Positions 19,287-28,777 of a DNA stretch of 64,000 nucleotides are shown here, piece by piece. Source of the DNA: Chloroflexota bacterium (lineage in GTDB: Bacteria; Chloroflexota; Anaerolineae; Promineifilales; Promineifilaceae); NCBI GenBank assembly GCA_039199965.1, contig JBCCSO010000001.1, forward strand, positions 2,191 to 66,190, in the 5' to 3' direction. The notes beneath the pieces were generated by a model that saw nothing but the letters and a program-made list of their open reading frames with translations, searched no databases and was not told the origin of the DNA. The stretch's first letter is position 1; every line of letters starts with the position of its first letter. A program made the translations under genes and the position numbers.

Positions 19287-20519
19287 TTAAAGCTCAAGGC
19301 TATTGTCTACGTCAGAAGGTGGTGGGCCAAATTCTAGATCGGCCGTAGCTTCATCTAACTGCTGGTTACGCACACGATCCAAATATGTCTGCGACTTGGT
19401 CACCTCTGCCGCCAGTCCATCAATGGTTTCTTGCATCGTGTCTAGAGCCGTAACTTTATACTCGCTAATCATGTCCATTGTTTGATAAATATTGTCAAAG
19501 GCAGCCGACAATTTGTCCATATCAATGGTGGCACTCACAGCCTGCTCGTGTACCTCGGCCGTTTGTTGACGCAGCATTTTGGCGGTCGCTTCAATCAAAT
19601 TACTCGTTGTTGTATTTAGAGCATTGATTTGATCTAGGACTAATTTTTGGTTGGTCAGCGCCTGAGCAGTAATGACGGCCGTCCGCAAAGCGGAAATTGT
19701 GGTGGTAGTCGCTCGGTCTACACCTTTAATTAGCTCAAGGTTATTTTTGCGCACCATGTCCAATGCCAAATAGCCTTGAATGCTAACAGCTAACTGCGTC
19801 AAGAGGTCCTGAACCTTTTGACGCACATAGAACAGCATTTCTTCCTGGACAATACGGGCCTTTTCAGGGTCGCTTACCTTCAACTCATCAACGCGCGCCT
19901 CTAGTGCACCATCAATCTGACGAGCCATATAAATGTACTGATGCAGTTTCTCCATCATCTTCCAGAGATTGACTTTTTCTTCTTCAATCGCTGCATTATC
20001 CCGCTGAAGTTCTTCTTGGCCACTCTGAAGGGAGTTCAAGATAGAGTTGATATGTTTTTGAGAGGATTGGTACTTGTAGAAATAATTTCTAAGCTTGTCC
20101 CCCATTGGAATAATGCCAAACAGACGCTTTCTGGAAAATAAATCACCCTGTTTAGATGGGTCCAAGTCTTCCACTGTTGTACGTAGGCTGACCAAGCCTT
20201 TTGAAATTTGAGATGACTCATCAAAAACACCATTATTCATGGCATTGGTCGGCCGGTTGAGTAAGCGGTTAGAAACATTCGCCGATTCTCGAATCTCGCT
20301 TGAACCCAATCCGTGGATAGCATTAACTTTATCCAAAAACGGATCGGAGTTTACTTTTGTTGCCATCACCTCTGCCACAAATTGGTCAGCACGCGCATCA
20401 AGGTTGCGCATGGTATCACCATCTAATTTCATTAACCCTTCGGCTTGTTCTGTTTTGACTGCTTTAACTGGTTTAGGAGCTTCTAGGCTTTCTGGTGGAG
20501 CAAGTTCAAGACCTTCCAT
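19287..20519 (-). CDS. Toxic anion resistance protein, TelA family
   Basis: 410 aa, all-helical and coiled-coil-rich. The layout and segments such as IHGLGSSEIRESANVSNRLL and RDNAAIEEEK..LW are consistent with Pfam TelA. Confidence 0.65.
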   Translation of the reverse strand: MEGLELAPPESLEAPKPVKAVKTEQAEGLMKLDGDTMRNLDARADQFVAEVMATKVNSDPFLDKVNAIHGLGSSEIRESANVSNRLLNRPTNAMNNGVFDESSQISKGLVSLRTTVEDLDPSKQGDLFSRKRLFGIIPMGDKLRNYFYKYQSSQKHINSILNSLQSGQEELQRDNAAIEEEKVNLWKMMEKLHQYIYMARQIDGALEARVDELKVSDPEKARIVQEEMLFYVRQKVQDLLTQLAVSIQGYLALDMVRKNNLELIKGVDRATTTTISALRTAVITAQALTNQKLVLDQINALNTTTSNLIEATAKMLRQQTAEVHEQAVSATIDMDKLSAAFDNIYQTMDMISEYKVTALDTMQETIDGLAAEVTKSQTYLDRVRNQQLDEATADLEFGPPPSDVDNSLEL

Positions 20520-20747
20520 ATGTGTACCTCTGATCTGGTTTTCTAATTAGGGCTGAACTTTAAGAAATTGTCCCGAGTTTAAAATTCAGCTGAGAAAGAT
20601 CGGTATTTAAGTTGAGACAGATATTAAAATCCCGACCATTAGTATAATTGCTTAGATGAAAATTTGTATAAGGCTGCTTTCTTATTTTGCCAAAAACAAT
20701 CAAATCGTTCAATGTAAATATACGCTATTTCATTAATTGGGTTTTAA

Positions 20748-20780
20748 ATCAAAAGGCCCTGAAAAAATTCAGGGCCAAAA
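20748..20780 (-). terminator. Intrinsic terminator ending the ABC importer operon
   Basis: The hairpin is GGCCCTGAA-N4-TTCAGGGCC (20755..20776). On the minus strand it is followed by UUUUGAUUU. It lies 60 nt after the ATPase stop. Confidence 0.7.
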
Positions 20781-20836
20781 ATCGGTTCAGATCAATGATA
20801 CGTTTTAAGCGACCAAGCCTTCTACTTTAGGATTCC

Positions 20837-22960
20837 TTAGTCAGCAGCTACTGGCGCAGAGCTCTCGGCCGACATAATAACAGGATCAAAAGCCTCCAGA
20901 GTTTCTTTGGGCAAATGGCAAAAGACTCTATGGCCATCTTCAAATTCTCGCCATGGCGGAATATTTGTTTCGCACTTTTTACCTCCATCAGGCATAAGCT
21001 CTCTGCGAGGGCAGCGCGTATGGAAACGGCAACCGCTAGGTGGATTTAAAGCACTGGGTACAGTACCCTCCAGACGAATTCGCTTTTGCTCAATCGTAGG
21101 GTCTGGAATTGGAACCGCTGAAAGAAGGGCTTCTGAATACGGGTGATACGGTGGTCGGTAAATTGCATCGGCCGGGCCAATTTCCATCACTTGTCCAAGA
21201 TACATCACCGCAATGCTGTCTGAAAAGAAGCGAACAACGCTCAAATCGTGTGCAATAAAAATCAGTGTGGTTCCCAACTCTCGCTGAATATCAATCAACA
21301 AGTTCAGAATAGCTGCTTGCACAGACACATCTAGTGCGGAAACCGGCTCATCGCAAAGAATTAGCTCGGGTCGACTTGCCAAGGCTCTAGCAATACCCAC
21401 TCGCTGCTTTTCACCACCAGAAAGCTGACGTGGAAGTCGATCAAGGTAATTTGCGCCCAAACGCATTGATTCAAGCAATCTTACAACTTCACCACGAACC
21501 TCATCCTTTGGTACTGTGCCAAAACGAATCATCGGCCGACCAATTTGTTGACCTACTGTGTAGGATGGATTCATCGTTGAGTCTGGATTCTGGAATACCA
21601 TCTGCAGCTCTTGAATCAGTTTATTGTCCCGCTCGCTGAGAGCAGTTGTAATGTCATATCCAATAAACTCAGCTTCACCATCAGTTGTTTCTTCCAAACC
21701 GATGAGTGTTTTAATAAGAGTGCTTTTACCACAGCCAGATTCTCCAACAATACCAAGTGTACTGCCGCGAGGTACGCTAAACGTTGCGTCTTCAACCGCT
21801 TTTACTTGACGAGCTGATTCAAGACCAAATACAGCTCGAAGCGAATTGCCCTGAACATCATAGTATTTCTTCAGAGATTCAACCGTGATAATGGGCTCGT
21901 TTTTTGTGACATCTTCCGTTGAAGGTTTGACACGAATATCATCACTTGGAATCCACGCAGATGGGTCAATATCTTCAGAAAAATGGCAGCGGACAGCGTT
22001 TCCATTTGGCAAAATGCGAACCTGCGGGCGCTCTTGTACACATTTATCTTGTACATAATCACAACGCGGGCCATAAACGCAGCCAGAAGGTCTATCGTTT
22101 GGAGGTGGTACGCGGCCGCGAATCGGATATAGCTGTGCACTGGCCTTATCTGCGCCCAACTTAGGAACACAGCGAATCAGACCTTGAGTATATGGATGCT
22201 GCGGCCGGGCAAAAATATCTTCTACAGGTGCACGCTCAACCAGCTCACCTGCATACATCACATTAACAAAATTACAAACACGGGCCACAACTCCTAGGTT
22301 GTGGCTAATGTACATAATTGCCGTGTCAAACTCCCTACGCAGTTCAGCAATCAAGTCTAGTACGGCAGCTTCAACAGTTACATCCAAAGCTGTTGTAGGC
22401 TCATCCATCACCAACAATGCAGGATTGGTCAAAAGCGCCATTGCAATAACAACACGCTGCTGCTGGCCACCAGAGATCTGATGCGGATAACGAGTTAAAA
22501 CGTTCGCCGGGTCAGGCATATAAACACGTTCAAGCATTTTTATACACCGCTCGGCCGCTTCATCGTCTGACATTCCACGGTGAACGGTCAGAACTTCTTT
22601 CATCTGAGCACCAAGTGTCAGAGACGGGTTTAGAGCCTGCATAGGATCTTGATAGACCATCGCAATCGAATTACCGCGTAATTTCCGCAGCTCTTCACCC
22701 TCTACACCAACCAGCTCCTTTCCTTGAAAGAGGACGGAACCCTTCTTAACGTAGCCATTATCTCCCAAGAAGTTTAAGATAGCCCACGCTACTGTACTTT
22801 TACCACAACCTGACTCACCAACAATACCAACAGATTCGCCACGATGAAGGTCAAAAGACACATTTTGCACAGCTTCAACTTCACCACCACGGATTTTATA
22901 CGCAACCGCTAAGTCTTTTACTTGTAAGACAGGTTCTTTTCCTTTATTTTCCACTACCAT
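20837..22960 (-). CDS. Fused double ATPase of a peptide/nickel-type (PepT family) ABC importer (DppD-DppF fusion)
   Basis: 707 aa with two Walker A motifs (GESGCGKS twice) and two LSGG(Q/E) signatures. Each half is followed by the Cys-rich oligopeptide C-terminal extension (GCVYGPRCDY...; GCRFHTRCPRRE). Confidence 0.9.
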   Translation of the reverse strand: MVVENKGKEPVLQVKDLAVAYKIRGGEVEAVQNVSFDLHRGESVGIVGESGCGKSTVAWAILNFLGDNGYVKKGSVLFQGKELVGVEGEELRKLRGNSIAMVYQDPMQALNPSLTLGAQMKEVLTVHRGMSDDEAAERCIKMLERVYMPDPANVLTRYPHQISGGQQQRVVIAMALLTNPALLVMDEPTTALDVTVEAAVLDLIAELRREFDTAIMYISHNLGVVARVCNFVNVMYAGELVERAPVEDIFARPQHPYTQGLIRCVPKLGADKASAQLYPIRGRVPPPNDRPSGCVYGPRCDYVQDKCVQERPQVRILPNGNAVRCHFSEDIDPSAWIPSDDIRVKPSTEDVTKNEPIITVESLKKYYDVQGNSLRAVFGLESARQVKAVEDATFSVPRGSTLGIVGESGCGKSTLIKTLIGLEETTDGEAEFIGYDITTALSERDNKLIQELQMVFQNPDSTMNPSYTVGQQIGRPMIRFGTVPKDEVRGEVVRLLESMRLGANYLDRLPRQLSGGEKQRVGIARALASRPELILCDEPVSALDVSVQAAILNLLIDIQRELGTTLIFIAHDLSVVRFFSDSIAVMYLGQVMEIGPADAIYRPPYHPYSEALLSAVPIPDPTIEQKRIRLEGTVPSALNPPSGCRFHTRCPRRELMPDGGKKCETNIPPWREFEDGHRVFCHLPKETLEAFDPVIMSAESSAPVAAD

Positions 22961-22979
22961 AATTTACACAACCCCCCAT

Positions 22980-24044
22980 TTATTTTTGATATCGACTTAA
23001 TTCTTCACGGACACCATCAGCAAATAGATTTAAACCAATCACCAATGTCGAAATTGCCAGCGCAGGCCAAATCACAATATTTGGTGTTGAGAAAATCAAC
23101 TCGCGGCCGCCATTAACCATACTTCCCCAATCCGGTTCAGGTGGTTGTAAACCTAATCCCAAGAAGCCTAATGTACCGATGGTGAAGATCGCGTATCCAA
23201 CACGTAGCATCGCATCCACCAATAGTGGTCCACGGGCGTTAGGCAAGATTTCCCTGAACATGATGTAAAACAAGCCTTCACCACGCGTTTCAGCTGCGCG
23301 AATATAATCACGTGTTTTAATGTCCAAGGCCAAAGATCTTGCTAATCGAGCAATTCCAGGAGCACCAGTCACTGTGATGGCAATGATAATAACCAAGTCA
23401 CCTTGTCCCAAAGCAGCAATTACAACGATGTAGAGAACAATACGAGGAAACGCAACCAAGGCATCCATAAGCTGCATCACGATTTGCTCAATCCAGCCAC
23501 CTTTATAGCCTGCAAGAAGACCGAACGTCGTTCCCACTAATAATGAACCAAATACTCCCCAGATTGCCACACCACCGGGCACCACAAACTCATCCCATTC
23601 TTCAGGTGCAAAGTTGTCCAAAAATCGGCCCAAAGCAGAAGAGGTCTGCTGCATAGTCACATCTTCTGCTGGCAAGGGGATACGAGTTTTGAGCAAAATC
23701 ACCTGTCCGCCAGCCATAACGCGAGACAAAATGTCGCGCCCAGTTTTATCTGTGCCCAGCAAAAAGCGAGGATCTGGGCGCGTGCGGTCATCGTAATCTT
23801 CTAGGTCAACCCATGGTAGATAGGTCCACAAATAGGCTGATCTCTGTGCGTCTCTAAAGTATTGTTCATTCGGATCATGCGGCGTCCAAACTAAGGATAG
23901 AAGTGCCATCCCAAACCAAAAAAGAACAATTGCCAATCCAACCATCCCAATTGGTGAATCAAAGATGATTGATACATTTTTCCAAATTTTAGCCAATCGC
24001 GAAGGAGTGCGGGTGACAGTTACATCTGGTTGTGCTGTTGCCAT
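22980..24044 (-). CDS. ABC importer permease (DppC/OppC-like) with an enlarged extracytoplasmic insert
   Basis: 354 aa containing the N-terminal OppC-type helix, LGTDKTGRD, and the EAA-like loop YIRAAETRGEG. Confidence 0.85.
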   Translation of the reverse strand: MATAQPDVTVTRTPSRLAKIWKNVSIIFDSPIGMVGLAIVLFWFGMALLSLVWTPHDPNEQYFRDAQRSAYLWTYLPWVDLEDYDDRTRPDPRFLLGTDKTGRDILSRVMAGGQVILLKTRIPLPAEDVTMQQTSSALGRFLDNFAPEEWDEFVVPGGVAIWGVFGSLLVGTTFGLLAGYKGGWIEQIVMQLMDALVAFPRIVLYIVVIAALGQGDLVIIIAITVTGAPGIARLARSLALDIKTRDYIRAAETRGEGLFYIMFREILPNARGPLLVDAMLRVGYAIFTIGTLGFLGLGLQPPEPDWGSMVNGGRELIFSTPNIVIWPALAISTLVIGLNLFADGVREELSRYQK

Positions 24045-24067
24045 ATTATTTTCCCTTCTTCCCTAAA

Positions 24068-25468
24068 TTAAGCGTAACGGATACGCGGATTTAGGAATGT
24101 GTATGCCAAGTCACCCAGCAATCGAGTGGCTACAGCGATTAAAACGGTCACCATAGCGGCTGCTTCCACCGCATTAGGGTCTCCAAAAATAGAGTGATCG
24201 AAAATAAATTTTCCTAATCCTTGAAAACCGAAGATAACTTCTACAACCACAATTCCACCAATTAAGTAATTGATGTGAAGCATAATAATGGTAATTGGTG
24301 CCAAAAGCGCATTACGTACCGCATGGCGAACGACAACGCGACGGAAAGGCATCCCTTTTATAATCGCCGTCCGAATATATGGAGCGGCCATGACTTCAAC
24401 CATACTGGCCCGGGTCATACGAATAATGTATCCAAGCTCAACTGCTGTAAGTGTGAGTACTGGCAAAATCAGCTCTTTCGGCTTTTCAAAAATCGCATTG
24501 GGACTATCTGCCAATGTTGTCGTGGGCACCTTTAAGGCTTCGAGCCATGCTTCAGGCAGCCACCCCGCTTCTACCAATCCCGGTAGCCAATTATTGGACC
24601 AATAAATACCCACTATTAATATCAACAAGACCCCTGTCACAAATTCAGGTGTTGCTGTCAGCGCCAAACTTGTAACAGACACGAAGCGGTCGAAGAATTT
24701 GCCCTCGTTAATACCAGTCATAATTCCTAGGAACAAAGCGAGAGGCATAACAACGATGAAGGCCAATCCAGCTAAAACAGCCGTATTTCGAATACGCACA
24801 GGTAAGGTCTTAGATACAGGTCGTGTTGTTTTTAAGGAAACACCAGCATCCCCACGAAGTAAGCCTTTGCGCAACGGAACCCATTGCACAGCAGCACCCG
24901 TCAACTCTTGTACACCTGTTTGTGTTGATACAAAAGCGGTTGCTCCATCACCTTCAACCCACTTCGCAGCACGATTCCCCCCATCAACTCCCCAGAAGAA
25001 GCTTTCACCTGTCTCAGGATCTATTTGCCAAAGATCACCTGCAAGTTCTCTTTGGGTGGTTCCATCAGGCTGTCGTACCAAATAAAGAAGGTCTCCTGAC
25101 TCACACAAGCCAGAATCTATATCTTCGGCCCGGCTACAAACTTGATGACGGACATATCTACCATCATCAAGAAGTACGTACCATTCTTGCTCTTGGCTCT
25201 CTTCATTGAAAACAGTTTGCAGATTCCCGGCTTCATCAGACAAACGCCAATCATTTCCAATTAGCCAGTCTGTATAGCGGATATAGGCTGGTTGATCAAG
25301 ACCAAGCTGCTTTCTAAGGGATTCCCTCTGTTCCGGTGTGGCGAAAACGCCAAGAATCTGGATCGTTACGTCTCGACCACTTACTTCCAACAAAGTAAAC
25401 AGTACGATAGAAACAATCAACATTGTGATAAGCGTGGAAATAACGCTTCGCATCAAAAATCTAGCCAT
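24068..25468 (-). CDS. ABC importer permease (DppB/OppB-like) with an insertion of about 150 aa after TM1
   Basis: 466 aa. It opens with MARFLMRSVISTLITMLIVSIVLF and has the EAA-like YIRTAIIKGMPFRRVVVRHAVRNA. A long hydrophilic segment spans about residues 60-215. Confidence 0.85.
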   Translation of the reverse strand: MARFLMRSVISTLITMLIVSIVLFTLLEVSGRDVTIQILGVFATPEQRESLRKQLGLDQPAYIRYTDWLIGNDWRLSDEAGNLQTVFNEESQEQEWYVLLDDGRYVRHQVCSRAEDIDSGLCESGDLLYLVRQPDGTTQRELAGDLWQIDPETGESFFWGVDGGNRAAKWVEGDGATAFVSTQTGVQELTGAAVQWVPLRKGLLRGDAGVSLKTTRPVSKTLPVRIRNTAVLAGLAFIVVMPLALFLGIMTGINEGKFFDRFVSVTSLALTATPEFVTGVLLILIVGIYWSNNWLPGLVEAGWLPEAWLEALKVPTTTLADSPNAIFEKPKELILPVLTLTAVELGYIIRMTRASMVEVMAAPYIRTAIIKGMPFRRVVVRHAVRNALLAPITIIMLHINYLIGGIVVVEVIFGFQGLGKFIFDHSIFGDPNAVEAAAMVTVLIAVATRLLGDLAYTFLNPRIRYA

Positions 25469-25708
25469 GATCTGCTCCAGTCTATATTTATATTTTTAAC
25501 TGAGCTATTCGTGTTGGTTTGAGCAAAACAAAACGAAATCGCTTTTCTGAACCAATAATTTAGCTTTTTATTAAACCGTAAAAGCGAATAATTCGCCAAG
25601 GCAAATTTAAAACAAGCATTAACGCACGATGGGAGCATGGCAAATGCCATGCTCCCATCATTTTCAAAGCAGCCAAAGGAGTGACCAATTGCTGCACTTA
25701 GTCAATAA

Positions 25709-27451
25709 TTATGCTGAGTCAACCCATGTCTCATTCAACAGGTCATATCCGGTTGGATGCGCTGGTAAATTGTGGACACGTGTTGTGTGAATCATCCAAG
25801 AGCTCTTGAAAAATGCAACACCAATTGGTCCACGCGTTTGGAAGATATCCATAAGCTGGCCAATTTTTTCACGGCGGGCTGAAACATCCAAAGTAGCTTC
25901 TGCTTCTCTTAAGACTGCCGAGAACTCATCATCTACCCAACGAGTTTCATTCCAAGGAACTGGAGCACCCTCAGCATCAGCGATGTAAGCCAATGGCAAA
26001 ACTTGTGTGTCCAAAGGACGATGTGTCCAAGAGGTAATACCGAGGGGCACTTGGTCCCAACGTTCCCAGTAACCACTTGCTTCAGTGATGTCTAGATCAA
26101 ATTCAAAGCCAGTGTCCGCAGAATCTTCCTTTAATGCTTCCGCGTATTCTTGCTCACCAGCGTCATTCTTGGTCACGATGGTCGCGCGAATTGGTAATTC
26201 ATTGCCTGTATCAGCGGCCCACTCTTGGAGTAGGGCGGCTGCACCTTCAGGATCATACTCAGGCACAGGGCGTGGATCATAAGCTGGATGGACAGGAGCT
26301 ATGTGAGCGTCAACGCCCAAGTCACCTTCACCAAACCAAGCTAAAGATATGATCTTTTCACGGTTTTGAATCTTGCGAAGTGCATTACGTACCCGCTCAT
26401 CGTCCCAAGGCGCACCTTGGTCAACACGTACACGAAGGACAAGCGTCTGAGCAGTCGAGGCCGATTTCACAACCATGTTTGGATTGTCTTTCAATGCAAG
26501 GAAGTCAGCTGGACGCGGCAAATAGAATGTATCTACCTGACCAGACTGCAAACCGGCAACTGATGCGTCTCTGTCAATCGAAACATAGACCACTTCATCC
26601 AGGTAAGGTAGTGCTTCACCATCTTCGCCATTTTGCCAATAGCCTTCGCGACGGGTCAGAACAGCACGTTCGCCGTCAGAGAACTCAGACAAGGTGAATG
26701 GGCCGGTACCAATTGGCTGGGTAATAAAGTCCCCTTCAAACGAGCGATGCATGATCGCAGCCGGATAGTGGAAGAGATGCTCCGGGACGCCGATGTTTGG
26801 AGAAGCAAGCGTCAATTTGATGGTGTAATCATCAACTTTTTCAACACTGTTCATGCCATCCAGGTAAGAAAGCTGACCCAACATTGAAGAGCCAACTTCT
26901 GGATCTAACCATTGCCCAAAATTAAACATGATGTCATCGGCGGTCATTTCATCACCGTTGTTGAACATAATGCCCTGGCGCAGGTTTAGCGTCCACTCTG
27001 AAACGTCAGCATTCGCTTCCCAGCTTTCCAGAAGCCATGGCGTAGTGACATTGTCAGGGTCTGTGAAGGTCAAGTATTCAGCAACTTGGCGAACAACATT
27101 AGCACCTTCAATCCATGATAAGCGAGCTGGATGGTCGATTAATTGAAGCTCAGCACCAATGGTTAAAGTACCACCGCGAGAGATGCCCATTTCCGCCATC
27201 TCTTCCATTTCTTCTTCGACTACTTCTTCAACCTCTTCGGCCGCTTCCTCAACCACCTCTGGAGCTTCTTCAACCACAGGGGCTGGGGTCGAGCATGCAG
27301 TTGCGAGAGCAGCAGACATGCCAAGAAGGGTGGCAAAGCGAATAAACTCACGACGAGAAATGCGGCCTTCCTTCAATGCATTGAATGCATCAGGAATACG
27401 CGGATGTATTTCATACATCTGTTCTTTCATCTGTTTTTCTTCTTTTTTCAT
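25709..27451 (-). CDS. Family-5 extracellular solute-binding lipoprotein (peptide/nickel type) with a Tat-like signal and acidic linker
   Basis: I place the start at ATG 27451 (MKKEEKQ...), which is preceded by GGAGGAG; the ORF track starts 25 codons earlier. SRREFIRFATLLGMSAALATAC combines a twin-arginine-like signal with a lipobox. An EEAPEVVEEAAEEVEEVVEEE linker follows. The body is SBP_bac_5-like. Confidence 0.8.
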   Translation of the reverse strand: MKKEEKQMKEQMYEIHPRIPDAFNALKEGRISRREFIRFATLLGMSAALATACSTPAPVVEEAPEVVEEAAEEVEEVVEEEMEEMAEMGISRGGTLTIGAELQLIDHPARLSWIEGANVVRQVAEYLTFTDPDNVTTPWLLESWEANADVSEWTLNLRQGIMFNNGDEMTADDIMFNFGQWLDPEVGSSMLGQLSYLDGMNSVEKVDDYTIKLTLASPNIGVPEHLFHYPAAIMHRSFEGDFITQPIGTGPFTLSEFSDGERAVLTRREGYWQNGEDGEALPYLDEVVYVSIDRDASVAGLQSGQVDTFYLPRPADFLALKDNPNMVVKSASTAQTLVLRVRVDQGAPWDDERVRNALRKIQNREKIISLAWFGEGDLGVDAHIAPVHPAYDPRPVPEYDPEGAAALLQEWAADTGNELPIRATIVTKNDAGEQEYAEALKEDSADTGFEFDLDITEASGYWERWDQVPLGITSWTHRPLDTQVLPLAYIADAEGAPVPWNETRWVDDEFSAVLREAEATLDVSARREKIGQLMDIFQTRGPIGVAFFKSSWMIHTTRVHNLPAHPTGYDLLNETWVDSA

Positions 27452-28230
27452 TGAATAATCTCCTCCGATTATTGATGTAACAGTTACAATTAAACGCAGC
27501 GAAACTAGTCGCCACGGAAGAAGCAAATTTAGCTATATGTTGGCTCTTAATTTATTTATGGAGATGAGGAAACGCATCGTCTGAAATAGCTCCGACAGAT
27601 AGGCCTGATTTTTTCGGTTAAAGTTGAAGCTCAAAATTCTTCCCCAATCTGAGTTCTAATCTTTTTCTTAAGTCGCCTACTTGGAATCAACGGGCGATGT
27701 CAAATACAATTCTGATAATAGCATGGCTTTGGTCCGACGCCAAAAATTGCACTTAACAGGCACTGCAAGTTTCAAAATATGCAACGCACCATACTGTGAG
27801 AACTAAATTCATTAATGATTTAATCATTTATACAGATCAAAGTACGCAACTTATTCTATTGATAATCTGACATTTTTCGTTGTTACTTTTAAACAACGAA
27901 GAAACACAATGCTATGCAAGATAACCAATATACAACTGATATATCACAAGTATATTCAGAAAGTCCATAATCTCAAAATCAATTTTTGCAGGCAAAAAGT
28001 AATGATCTGGATCCGCAAAAGTTTTCCAGAGTTCAGATTCTTCTCTCCGCAATATAAACAGAAATCATTTGTTGCTAGCCTAAATGTAAGTCAAGGCAGA
28101 CTTCCCTCGCTATTGTTCCCTATTGTTGAATGCAATTCGGCGTTCAAAACGTAGGACTTTCGTTTGTCAGGTTAATTCCACTTGCAAAAACGTAATTCGA
28201 CAGGCTCAGTGCTCCTTTTGAGCGTAGGTC

Positions 28231-28608
28231 CTAAAATGGCAAAGAATCATCGTCCTCGTACCCGTCTTCATCAAAGTTCTCATCTTCTGGAGCATCGTAT
28301 TCAATCTCCTTTCGGACCCAGAGCTGCAGAACAGTCCCCTCATCCACTTCCTTTAACCTAAGCCCAACGACATCCAGCTCTTTTCGAAGGCGCATTTCAT
28401 CTGGATAGTCGAGTCGCACTGGCCGTCCTTCTCTCCATGCGCGCAGACATCGCTCACGAATGGCCTCACCATTCATTGTGCGCATTTCTGTGAAGGTATT
28501 AACCGCATCGTTTGGTCCTTCTAAAACAGAATGAATCGAAAAATCCGCAGTTTGATGGAATTCAGGTGTAGGCCCTTCAACTATCGTAATGTACTCAGGT
28601 TCTGACAT
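28231..28608 (-). CDS. Hypothetical small acidic protein
   Basis: The ORF has a probable start at MSEPEYITIVEG (28608). The track's 36-codon N-terminal extension looks non-coding. The C-terminus is rich in D/E. No recognisable motif. Confidence 0.4.
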   Translation of the reverse strand: MSEPEYITIVEGPTPEFHQTADFSIHSVLEGPNDAVNTFTEMRTMNGEAIRERCLRAWREGRPVRLDYPDEMRLRKELDVVGLRLKEVDEGTVLQLWVRKEIEYDAPEDENFDEDGYEDDDSLPF

Positions 28609-28777
28609 AAAATTTTTTGGCTCAGTAATTAATACGCTAATTATAACCGATGGAATCGTCCAAATAAACTTTTTCCAGTAATTTGCCTGAATGAAATTAA
28701 GCAAAAATACAATCAATTTGTGACAGTCAGGCTGAATTCAATCACAAATTCTGTCTTTCCGATATAATCATTTCCCT

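Noticed and set aside
27909-28154. 81-aa ORF in the long gap upstream of the ABC operon
   Set aside because: It is AT-rich and rich in Lys/Ile/Phe/Asn, as expected from random translation of AT-rich DNA. It has no SD and no recognisable motif, and it lies opposite to both flanking genes.
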